Shown here piece by piece: positions 1 to 8,210 of a DNA stretch of 64,000 nt. A program made the translations under genes and the position numbers. A model generated the notes under the pieces. It had not been told where the DNA came from. It did not search any database and saw nothing but the letters and a program-made list of their open reading frames with translations. The stretch's first letter is position 1; each line of letters starts with the position of its first letter. The stretch lies in NCBI GenBank assembly GCA_964519305.1, contig CAZFHY010000001.1, forward strand, positions 346,132 to 410,131, in the 5' to 3' direction. The DNA comes from Candidatus Undinarchaeota archaeon. GTDB taxonomy: Archaea; SpSt-1190; JASMDC01.

Positions 1-1
1 G

Positions 2-514
2 AGCCTGGTCGGCGGTCTTTTCAACGCGATCAAGAAGTGGCTGACGGGCGAGACGATCGCCGTGAACAGGTACACCGGACCGGGTGTCATCGGTCTCTCG
101 GCCTCGTCCCCCGGGATGATCAAGGAGATCGACCTGGGGCCGGGACAGTCCGTCGACGTGTGCAAGGGCGCGTTCATGGCCGGCGACGTCACCCTCTCCT
201 ACGGCATCGAGCGTGTGTGGAAGGGCATCCTACCCTGGAAGTTCCTGTTCGGCGGCCAGGGTTTCTTCTATCAGAAGCTCACAGGACCCGGCAGGGTCTT
301 CATCGTGGTCAAGGGGGACCTTGTCGAGGCCACCTTGGCCCAAGGACAGAAGATGGACCTCGACCAGGGATACATGGCCTACAAGGACCCGTCTGTCGAG
401 GTCGACCTCACGAGGATCAAGGGATTGCGTAAAGTGTTCATCGGGGGCGAGGGGCTCTTCCTCCTCACATGCACGGGCCCTGGCAAGGTGGGCATCCAGA
501 GCACGGGGTGGTGA
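2..514 (+). CDS. AIM24 (TRAP-like) family protein, 5'-truncated by window edge
   Basis: Frame is open from the window start; GGQGFFYQKLTGPGRV and FIGGEGLFLL..GPGKV motifs are typical of AIM24. Confidence 0.8.
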   Translation, partial: SLVGGLFNAIKKWLTGETIAVNRYTGPGVIGLSASSPGMIKEIDLGPGQSVDVCKGAFMAGDVTLSYGIERVWKGILPWKFLFGGQGFFYQKLTGPGRVFIVVKGDLVEATLAQGQKMDLDQGYMAYKDPSVEVDLTRIKGLRKVFIGGEGLFLLTCTGPGKVGIQSTGW

Positions 515-518
515 TGGG

Positions 519-1151
519 ATGCAGACACGTATCATAGGGCATTTCGCACCGGTGATGGAGATCGACCTCTACCAGGGCGAGACCATCGTGTGCGAGCGCG
601 GTGCCATGTTGTACGAGACGCCGGACATCCACTCAGACGCCGTGCTTGGTATGGGATTCTTCTCCCGTCTGTTCACCGGCGAGTCCGCTGCTCTGGACAA
701 GTACGAGGGTCCCGGAACCGTAGGAATCGCTGCGGGCAAGCCCGGGATGATCAAGGAGCTCGACCTCCAGCCCGGCCAGGCCATCGACATCGCCCACTCG
801 GGTTTCCTTGCCATGGAGCCCACGGTACAGTTCTCTATCTCACTTGCGTCCCACAACCTCGTCAAGCTCATAGGCATGGCCAGCTTCGCCCGGGACAACC
901 TCATCTTCCAGAACCTGACGGGACCGGGAAAGGTGTTCATGCACGTCCACGGGGACTACGTCATTACGTATCTTGAGCAGGGCCAGACCATGATGATCGA
1001 TCAGGGCTATCTAGTGTTCAAGGACCACAGCGTCGAGCTGGAGCTGGTCCGCGTCCACGGCATCGAGAACATCCTCATCGGGGGCGAGGGGCTATTCCTG
1101 CTACAGGTCTCAGGACCGGGGTACGTGGGCATACAGTCGATGAGGGGGTGA
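519..1151 (+). CDS. AIM24 family protein (tandem paralog)
   Basis: ATG at 519 follows a GGTGGTGA SD-like site; ERGAM, FTGES and GGEGLFLLQVSGPG motifs; the ORF-track start at 213 overlaps the previous gene. Confidence 0.8.
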   Translation: MQTRIIGHFAPVMEIDLYQGETIVCERGAMLYETPDIHSDAVLGMGFFSRLFTGESAALDKYEGPGTVGIAAGKPGMIKELDLQPGQAIDIAHSGFLAMEPTVQFSISLASHNLVKLIGMASFARDNLIFQNLTGPGKVFMHVHGDYVITYLEQGQTMMIDQGYLVFKDHSVELELVRVHGIENILIGGEGLFLLQVSGPGYVGIQSMRG

Positions 1152-1486
1152 ACAAGGACATGGTGTTGTACACACAGGGCGAGCCGGGAGGGACGTACGA
1201 GCTACATCAGCCTGAGTACGACGGGTTCCGGTCCGTGGAGGAGTACACACAGATGCCGGGACTACCTGCATCGGACTCGTTCACCGTGCCCGGGTTCGTG
1301 CTCAACTACTACATAATCGTATACTTCTTGGGGATGCACCTCCACAAGATCACACGCATATTCTACAGGACGAAGGCAGGTCCGATCGCCGCCGGACTGG
1401 AGTTTGTGGTCGTTTTCGGGCTCGCCCTCCTGCCGCTCTGGCTGCCATTGGCGCTCGTCTACCTAGTGTTCGTGATGGGCATATAG
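1148..1486 (+). CDS. Hypothetical membrane protein
   Basis: GTGA overlap with the upstream stop codon; two C-terminal hydrophobic segments. Confidence 0.6.
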   Translation: MNKDMVLYTQGEPGGTYELHQPEYDGFRSVEEYTQMPGLPASDSFTVPGFVLNYYIIVYFLGMHLHKITRIFYRTKAGPIAAGLEFVVVFGLALLPLWLPLALVYLVFVMGI

Positions 1487-1505
1487 TCGCGGTCCCACTG
1501 GCGGG

Positions 1506-1566
1506 AGTACTTGAGATTCTACCGGCCTAAGTGCTCATCACGATTGTGATAACTATCGTTATATAC
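1506..1566 (+). promoter_or_regulatory. Putative promoter with operator-like palindrome
   Basis: ATCACgattGTGAT inverted repeat at 1537-1550 just upstream of TATA-like GTTATATA at 1558-1565. Confidence 0.4.
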
Positions 1567-1609
1567 CTGGGGCGCCTATTATTCTAGTAGCGCGAGAAGT
1601 TAGAGGTGC

Positions 1610-2203
1610 GTGAGCTTGAAATCGAGATATTTAATTCTAGGATTAGTGCTGTTGACGGTCCTGGGCGTCGTCCTTGCGTCCGGTCAGTCATTCTGGACAG
1701 AGGACTGGGGTTCAGGCCAGGACAACGGTCTGAGGCTCCTCATCGTTGAGGAGGATGCTGTGGAGGAAGAGGTCGCCCCGGAAGAGGAGGCGGTCGTCGA
1801 TGGACCACAGCTGGTGCTCGTTGAGAAACCTAAAGAAGAGGTAGTGGACGAGCCACCTGCAACGGTCACCCCTGCTGTCCTTCTGGATACGCCCATGAGC
1901 TTCCGTGATGATGGTGTCGTCAAGGCACCGACGACCATACCCGATGGACGAATCATCGCTACGTTCCCTGCAGGACAGTACATCATCGTCAAGCTCGAGG
2001 ACGAGGAGGGGATCATGTGGGTTGTCCTTCTGGACAGATGGACCAAGGAGGTCATCAAGTCATTCCAAGTGGAAGGCAAGTTCGGTAAGAACAGCCCCCA
2101 CCACGGTCGTTGGGGCCACCCCTGCGGCAGAAAGCGCAGGTTCCATCATGGATGTCGGAAGAGGCGCGGATTCCATCAAGGATGCATGAAAAAAGCCGCC
2201 TGA
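1610..2203 (+). CDS. Hypothetical secreted/membrane-anchored protein with basic His/Cys tail
   Basis: GAGGTG SD-like site and GTG start; N-terminal hydrophobic helix, acidic linker, RRFHHGC/RRGFHQGC tail. Confidence 0.6.
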   Translation: MSLKSRYLILGLVLLTVLGVVLASGQSFWTEDWGSGQDNGLRLLIVEEDAVEEEVAPEEEAVVDGPQLVLVEKPKEEVVDEPPATVTPAVLLDTPMSFRDDGVVKAPTTIPDGRIIATFPAGQYIIVKLEDEEGIMWVVLLDRWTKEVIKSFQVEGKFGKNSPHHGRWGHPCGRKRRFHHGCRKRRGFHQGCMKKAA

Positions 2204-2205
2204 AG

Positions 2206-2541
2206 CTACCTTGACTCTTTCCATGCACGCCCGCAGCGCAGACACTTGTAGAACTGTGTCGGCGGCTCGTCGGGGCGCCGGGTCTGTAGCTGCCAGGTCA
2301 TCACGCCGACACGACCGCAGTTACGGCAGCGGACCTTGAGCGTGCCCATTTTCTTAGCCATCTCCTCAACGTCGATGACTGCGATATCCTTATCCCGGTC
2401 GTCAGGGGTCGTGCGCTCCTCCATCTCCTTCCCGCACTTCTCGCAGCGCATTTTCCTGACGTCGCCGAACCCCACGAGCAGCAGATCACCTCCGCAGTCC
2501 GGACAGGTGCCGGCCTTCAGGAGCTTGGGGCGGACGGGCAT
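2206..2541 (-). CDS. tfs: Transcription factor S (TFS / RpoM-like)
   Basis: Two Zn ribbons (CPDC..CEKC; CRNC..CLRC) and the QTRRPDEPPT acidic hairpin motif. Confidence 0.85.
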   Translation of the reverse strand: MPVRPKLLKAGTCPDCGGDLLLVGFGDVRKMRCEKCGKEMEERTTPDDRDKDIAVIDVEEMAKKMGTLKVRCRNCGRVGVMTWQLQTRRPDEPPTQFYKCLRCGRAWKESR

Positions 2542-2618
2542 CGTCGGTGTATGAAGAAGGGAGGTTTATGAGGATTTCGGACTCGAAGCACTGCCCTCTC
2601 GGTCACGGATAGCATCGG

Positions 2619-3423
2619 AAAGAAAGGTTGGGACACAGGGGCGCCTTCCGCGGTACTGTTGCCAGCACCACTTCGGGCGTCCCTGTTGCGGACCCTCCCC
2701 GCCCGCGACCGGAGCCGCGTTCGGTTCTTGACCGCTCCGCCCCGCGACGCCGAAACGCCGCCGGTCGGCCCTGCCGGGCCTCGGGAGCGGGGATGCGCAC
2801 CCGGACGCCGTTTCCGGCACCCTTTGGGCATCCTCGCCGCGGCCTCCCGTTCCCCGGAACGTACGCCCCGGTTCTATTCAGGCCGCGCCGCTGTACCTTC
2901 GCTTCCACGCTGATCCAACGACCCACCGGGTCCCCGATACGCGACACGTCCTCCCGGACACCGTTGCCGGCACCCCTTCGGACACGCCCCGCCACGGCCC
3001 ACCCTTCCCCGCGGCTTGCGCCACGGAGCACCGGGCCGCACCGCCCGCCCGACGCCGAAGCGCCGACCGACCGGACCGGAGCCGGTACCAGGCACACCCT
3101 CCCAAGCACCGTTGCCGGCACCCTTTCAGGCATCCCTCGCCGCGACCGTCGCACCTCCACGGCTTGCGCCGCAGCGGTTGTCGGCCGCACCCCCCGCCAG
3201 CGCCGAAGCGCCGCCGAGCGGCCCGGGACCGGTGCCAGACACACCATCCCAAGCGCCGTTGCCAGCGCCCTTTCAGGCATCCCTTGCAGCGACATCAGCG
3301 CCCGTCAGCTTGCGCGTCAGGGCCCCTCTGTCGCACCGCCCAACCGACGCCGAAGCGTCACCGGACGGCCCGCGACCCCTGCCCGGTTCGCCCCGGAGGG
3401 CGCCTTGACAAAGGCCGGACCCC
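2619..3423 (-). ncRNA. Putative long structured ncRNA of five tandem ~150-nt three-hairpin units
   Basis: Unit spacing of 152/153/148/147 bp; compensatory changes around GNRA and UUCG loops; minus-strand BRE-TATA at 3441-3454; U-rich end (CCUUUCUUU) at 2619-2627. Confidence 0.7.
2630..3378. repeat. Degenerate tandem repeat, 5 copies, period ~150 bp
   Basis: Core GTT(G/T)CC(G/A)GC(A/G)CC begins at 2658, 2810, 2963, 3111 and 3258; CGCCGAA(G/A)CG-containing hairpins at 2745, 3050, 3198 and 3345. Confidence 0.9.
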
Positions 3424-3437
3424 TCGCTATAGTAGTA

Positions 3438-3454
3438 GGAAGTTTAAACCTTCC
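3438..3454. promoter_or_regulatory. Palindromic, probably bidirectional BRE/TATA (GGAAGTTTAAACCTTCC)
   Basis: TTTAAA at 3443-3448 flanked by GGAAG/CTTCC; lies between the repeat array and mutS. Confidence 0.6.
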
Positions 3455-3618
3455 GGATTAAGTGCGCGACGCCACTGCAGGGTGGGTCCGACACGATGTC
3501 AGCGTGGGTGGTGGCGCACGGTAGGGATCTCGTCGGAGCACGGTCGCCAGACGGCTCGGCCTGCCCATCCACAGGACATAAAAGTCTACCTTCCTTCCTG
3601 ACGACGGGAGGGTGACGA

Positions 3619-6306
3619 CTGGGTAAACCAAAGCAAAAGGAGACGCCCATGACCCGGCAGTACCGGGAAATGAAGCGACAGTACCCTGACGCCGTGCTCT
3701 TCTTCCGGATGGGCGATTTCTTCGAGACCTTCGGTGAAGATGCTGTCAAGACCAGCAAGGCTCTCGACATCGTGCTCACCTCCCGCAACCGCGGTTCGCC
3801 CCAAGAGACCAAGCTCGCCGGGTTCCCCCACCACGCGCTGGACAACTACATCGGCCGGATGCTCAGGGCAGGACACAAGATCGCCGTTTGCGAGCAGCTC
3901 GAGGACCCCAAGAAGGCCAAGGGCCTGGTCAAACGGGGCGTGATCCGGGTCTACACGCCCGGTACGCTGATGGAGGGTTTCCTGCTTGACGAGAAGGAGA
4001 ACAACTTCCTGGCCGCCGTGTCCGCCGGTGGCGGTTCGTACGGTCTTGCTGTCATCGACATCTCGACCGGCGAGTTCATGGCCACCCAGTTCGACGGCGA
4101 CGATGCTGCAACCGAGCTCAACGCCGAGCTCGTCCGGCTCGGGCCTGCCGAGATCCTCGTCCCGGAGTGGCTGCGACAGGATGAGGGATTCGTCAGGCTG
4201 GTACGAGTGCAGTCCGTGATGCGTCTCTCGGACTTCCCCGACGCGCACTTCGCCTACGAGCGGGCGTACGACATAGTGCGCGATCACTTCGGCACGCTCA
4301 CTCTTGACGGGTTCGGGCTGGAGGACCGGCGTCTGGCCGTGTCATCGGCCGGAGCCGCGCTGGTGTACCTCCGGGAGACGTTCAAGGGCACCAGTGAGCA
4401 CATCCGCGTGCTCCACCCTTACTCGACCGACGACGTGCTCGTCATCGACGCCGTATCCTCCCGGAACCTGGAGCTGGTGCGCAGCATCCGCACGAACGAC
4501 ACCACGAACACGCTCCTCGAGGTTCTGGACCATTCCACGACACCCATGGGCGGCCGGCTACTACGCCGTTGGCTCCTGCGTCCTTTAACGGATGTGGCCG
4601 CCATCGACCGACGACTGGATGCCGTTGGCGAGCTCCTGGAACAGCAGCTGGTGCGCGACGACCTGCGTGACCTGCTCAGGGGTGTGTCCGACCTGGAGCG
4701 GCTCGCCACACGCATCGTGTCCGGTACCGCCAATGCACGGGACCTCGTCTCGCTACGCGACTCGTTGCTGACGCTCCCGCATATCCGGGAGCAGCTGGCC
4801 GAAAGGTCCGCGGCCATCCTTACCGAGGCCTCCGAGACCCTGCCCGACCTCGTCGACGTCGCCGAGCTGATCTCACGCGCCATCATCGAGTCTCCCCCTA
4901 CCGCCGTGCGGGAGGGGGGCATCATCCGCGAGGGCTTCGATACCGACCTGGACGAACTGCGTGCACTGTCGCGCTCGGGCAAGGACTGGATCGCCACCAT
5001 GCAGGAGACGGAGCGCAAGCGTACGGGCATCAGGTCGTTGCGCGTAGGTTTCAACAAGGTCTTCGGCTACTACATCGAGGTCACACGACCCAATCTAGAG
5101 CTCGTCCCCGACAACTACATCCGCAAGCAGACGCTGGCCAATGCCGAGCGGTTCATCACGGAAGAGCTCAAGGAGTACGAGTCCAAGGTGCTCACGGCCG
5201 AGGAGCGGTCGGTGGCCCTGGAGTACGAACTGTTCTGTCGGGTACGCTCCCAGGTCGCAGAGAGCGCGGCCGATGTACAGGACGCCGCGCAGGTGCTGGC
5301 CCGTATCGACGTGCTGGCGTGCCTCGCCCAGGTCGCCCACGACCGGGATTACAAGCGACCACAGGTGAACGATGGCGACCGCGTCCGCATCCTCGCCGGC
5401 CGCCACCCGGTGGTGGAGCGTACCATAGGTCGGGGCGGTTTCATCCCCAATGACACGACCCTGGACTGCGGCGAGAACCGGTTCATGCTCATCACCGGCC
5501 CCAATATGGCCGGCAAGTCCACTTACCTGCGTCAGGTGGCGCTCATCGTGCTCATGACGCAGATGGGCTCGTTCGTCCCGGTACTGGAGGCCGTCATCGG
5601 CGTAGTGGACCGGATATTCACACGCGTGGGAGCGCACGACGACCTGGCATCGGGTCAGTCGACGTTCATGGTCGAGATGAACGAGACGAGCAACATCCTT
5701 CATAACGCATCGTCGCGCAGCCTAGTCCTTTTGGACGAGATCGGTCGGGGGACGAGCACGTTCGATGGCCTGTCCATCGCCTGGGCGGTGACCGAGTACC
5801 TGCACTCCCACCCGGAGAAGGGGTGCAAGACGCTGTTCGCCACCCACTACCACCAGCTCACCGTGCTCGAGGACGAGCTGGCGGGGCTGCGTAACCTCTC
5901 CATCGCCATAAAGGACGACGGGGGCAGACTGGTGTTCCTGCGCAAGATGGTGGACGGGCCGGCGGACCGCTCCTACGGAATAGAGGTGGCCCAGCTGGCC
6001 GGATTCCCCGAGGATGTGCTGGACCGCGCCCGACAGGTGTTGGGGACGCTGGAGGACCCGGACCATCCCGGGAGCCAGGCCTTGGCCATCGGACCACTGG
6101 CGCGACCACCGCCCCGTGCACCACAGGTGCGGACAGAGGAGCCCGAGCCCCCGCCCAAGCAGGCGTCCCTGGTGGAGTTCACCGCGGGTGCCACGGTCCT
6201 CGACGAGCTGTCGGACCTCAACCTGAACGAGATGACCCCCGTCCAGGCGCTGAACAAGCTGGAGGAGCTCAAGCGTCGGGCACAAGGTGGTGACGATGAT
6301 GACTGA
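3619..6306 (+). CDS. mutS: DNA mismatch repair protein MutS (MutS1)
   Basis: TPMTRQY, FFRMGDFFE, GPNMAGKST Walker A, STFMVEM, DEIGRGT and SYGIEVA motifs; start is either CTG 3619 or ATG 3649. Confidence 0.97.
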   Translation: MGKPKQKETPMTRQYREMKRQYPDAVLFFRMGDFFETFGEDAVKTSKALDIVLTSRNRGSPQETKLAGFPHHALDNYIGRMLRAGHKIAVCEQLEDPKKAKGLVKRGVIRVYTPGTLMEGFLLDEKENNFLAAVSAGGGSYGLAVIDISTGEFMATQFDGDDAATELNAELVRLGPAEILVPEWLRQDEGFVRLVRVQSVMRLSDFPDAHFAYERAYDIVRDHFGTLTLDGFGLEDRRLAVSSAGAALVYLRETFKGTSEHIRVLHPYSTDDVLVIDAVSSRNLELVRSIRTNDTTNTLLEVLDHSTTPMGGRLLRRWLLRPLTDVAAIDRRLDAVGELLEQQLVRDDLRDLLRGVSDLERLATRIVSGTANARDLVSLRDSLLTLPHIREQLAERSAAILTEASETLPDLVDVAELISRAIIESPPTAVREGGIIREGFDTDLDELRALSRSGKDWIATMQETERKRTGIRSLRVGFNKVFGYYIEVTRPNLELVPDNYIRKQTLANAERFITEELKEYESKVLTAEERSVALEYELFCRVRSQVAESAADVQDAAQVLARIDVLACLAQVAHDRDYKRPQVNDGDRVRILAGRHPVVERTIGRGGFIPNDTTLDCGENRFMLITGPNMAGKSTYLRQVALIVLMTQMGSFVPVLEAVIGVVDRIFTRVGAHDDLASGQSTFMVEMNETSNILHNASSRSLVLLDEIGRGTSTFDGLSIAWAVTEYLHSHPEKGCKTLFATHYHQLTVLEDELAGLRNLSIAIKDDGGRLVFLRKMVDGPADRSYGIEVAQLAGFPEDVLDRARQVLGTLEDPDHPGSQALAIGPLARPPPRAPQVRTEEPEPPPKQASLVEFTAGATVLDELSDLNLNEMTPVQALNKLEELKRRAQGGDDDD

Positions 6307-8149
6307 GATCCATGTACTGTCCGACGTCGTGGCGAACCAGATCGCCGCGGGTGAGGTGGTCGAGCGGCCTGCTTCTGTAGTGAAGGAGCTTGTGGAGAAC
6401 GCTCTGGACGCCGGATCTACCCGGATCGAGGTGCGCATCACCGATGGCGGTAAGGAGCTTGTGGCCGTGCGCGACAACGGCCGATCCATGACCGCCGAGG
6501 ACGCTGAGCTCTGCTTCGAACGTCACGCCACATCAAAGCTCGTAACCATCGATGACCTGGGCGAGCTGGGCACCCTGGGATTCAGGGGCGAGGCGTTGCC
6601 CTCTATCGCATCCGTCGCCCTTGTGCGGCTGGTCACCTGTCGTGATCCGCTGGCGGGAGCGACCGAGGTGCGGGTTGAGGGAGGTCGGACGGTATCGGTC
6701 CAGCCCACCGCTGCGCCCACGGGCACCGAGGTAGAGGTGCGCGAACTGTTCTTCAACACGCCCGCCCGGCGCAAGCATCTGCGTGCAACGGCAACGGAGC
6801 TGGGCCACGTCACCGAGGTCGTGAACGCCGCCGCACTGGCCCACGCCGATATCTCCTTCAGCCTAGAGCACGGGGGGCACACACTCCTGCTGACGCCGGG
6901 TTCCGGCGAGCTCAAGGCCGCGGCCATGGCGGTCCTGGGCAAGGACGTCGCCCGGTACATGGTGGCCGTGGACGACGACAGGGACGGAGTGCGTGCGTAC
7001 GGCCTCATCGTACCCCCTGACGCCCCGGCCCCGCCTGCTCGACCGCCTTTCGTGTTCGTCAACGGTCGACCTGTGCGCATGCCCCTCCTGCGCCGCGCGC
7101 TGTCAGAGGGTTACAGGGGCACCCTCCCGCCGGGCAGGAACGTGCCACCAGGTGTGCTCTTCATCGAGGTAGATCCATCCGAGGTCGACGTGAACGTCCA
7201 TCCCGCCAAGCGCGAGGTGCGGTTCGTCCACCCGTCCAAGGTGGCCGACGCCGTGGCCGCAGTGGTGGCGGACGCGCTCGCTGCACGGGCTCCGGTCTTC
7301 CGTGCCGCCGGTGCGGGGACGCCCTTGGCACCATCGACGCAGCAGGAACCATTACCGGGGACAGTGGGTGCTGACAGGGCGGCTCGGGGCATTCTCCGGC
7401 CCACCGCCAGGCCCGCAGGGAAGGTCACTCCGGCCAAGGGCAGTGTCGGGACGCGGTCCGGCCAGGTCCAGGCGGTGCTGGCAAGAGCACAGGAAACGGC
7501 GCCATCAGGCCGGACCGATACACCAGTCGAGGACCTGCCCCAGCAGGATCGGTTCGATGGACGTTTCGCAGGTCTTATCTACATCGGCGAGCTGTTCGAC
7601 ACCTACCTGCTCTTCCAGGGACGTGACGAGCTGCTGATGGTCGACCTCCACGCGGCCGCCGAGCGCGTCAAGTACGAACAGCTCGTACGGTCGCACGCCG
7701 ACGGCGATGTCGGAGGCCAGGAACTGGTGGCACCCCTGGTGCTCGAACTAGGACCGCGGGAAGCGGTGCTCCTGAAGGACCGGTTGGACGAGCTGGCCGG
7801 ATTGGGGCTAGTCATCGAGCCCTTCGGCGGGAACAGCTTCCAGGTGTGCCGCGTGCCCGTCGTGCTCGGTAGGACCGCCGGTCCCGATCAGGTGCGTGCG
7901 CTCATCGATGACATCCTCCGCCTCGGAAAGCCCAAGCACAGGGAGTCACGAACGGACGCCATCCTCAAGATCATGGCCTGTCGCGGCTCCATCAAGGCAG
8001 GCGAGCGCCTCACACCCGCGCAGGCCGAGGACCTGCTCCGCAAGCTCCTGCTATGCGAGCACCCCTGGAACTGCCCACACGGCAGACCCACAATCGTCGG
8101 CCTGTCCCGTACGCGTATCGAGAAGGACTTCTCAAGGATTGTAGCGTAG
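6296..8149 (+). CDS. mutL: DNA mismatch repair protein MutL
   Basis: NQIAAGEVVERP, ELVENALDAG, GFRGEAL and DVNVHPAKREV motifs; endonuclease motifs DLHAAAER, ACR and CPHGRP. Confidence 0.97.
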   Translation: MMTEIHVLSDVVANQIAAGEVVERPASVVKELVENALDAGSTRIEVRITDGGKELVAVRDNGRSMTAEDAELCFERHATSKLVTIDDLGELGTLGFRGEALPSIASVALVRLVTCRDPLAGATEVRVEGGRTVSVQPTAAPTGTEVEVRELFFNTPARRKHLRATATELGHVTEVVNAAALAHADISFSLEHGGHTLLLTPGSGELKAAAMAVLGKDVARYMVAVDDDRDGVRAYGLIVPPDAPAPPARPPFVFVNGRPVRMPLLRRALSEGYRGTLPPGRNVPPGVLFIEVDPSEVDVNVHPAKREVRFVHPSKVADAVAAVVADALAARAPVFRAAGAGTPLAPSTQQEPLPGTVGADRAARGILRPTARPAGKVTPAKGSVGTRSGQVQAVLARAQETAPSGRTDTPVEDLPQQDRFDGRFAGLIYIGELFDTYLLFQGRDELLMVDLHAAAERVKYEQLVRSHADGDVGGQELVAPLVLELGPREAVLLKDRLDELAGLGLVIEPFGGNSFQVCRVPVVLGRTAGPDQVRALIDDILRLGKPKHRESRTDAILKIMACRGSIKAGERLTPAQAEDLLRKLLLCEHPWNCPHGRPTIVGLSRTRIEKDFSRIVA

Positions 8150-8210
8150 CGGGGGAATCCGCACGATTTATAATATGTAGGACCGTCCTCCCTAGAAGGG
8201 GGACAGGCCT

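Noticed and set aside
2630-3378. CRISPR array or replication origin (ORB repeats)
   Set aside because: Whole units are homologous and degenerate, with no identical repeats or unique spacers. There are no cas or orc1/cdc6 genes, no ORB consensus and no AT-rich unwinding element.
2566-3461. Long ORFs across the repeat array (2628..3461 +, 2603..3295 -, 3016..3408 +)
   Set aside because: Unit spacings of 152 and 148 are not multiples of 3, so the repeat appears in different frames. The translations are Arg/Pro/Ala-rich GC artefacts, and substitutions preserve base pairing rather than codons.
3507-3515. GGTGGTGGC in the mutS leader, complementary to the sRNA motif
   Set aside because: It is only 9 nt in GC-rich DNA, and the same 9-mer occurs inside coding regions (e.g. 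near 38646), so it is not significant.
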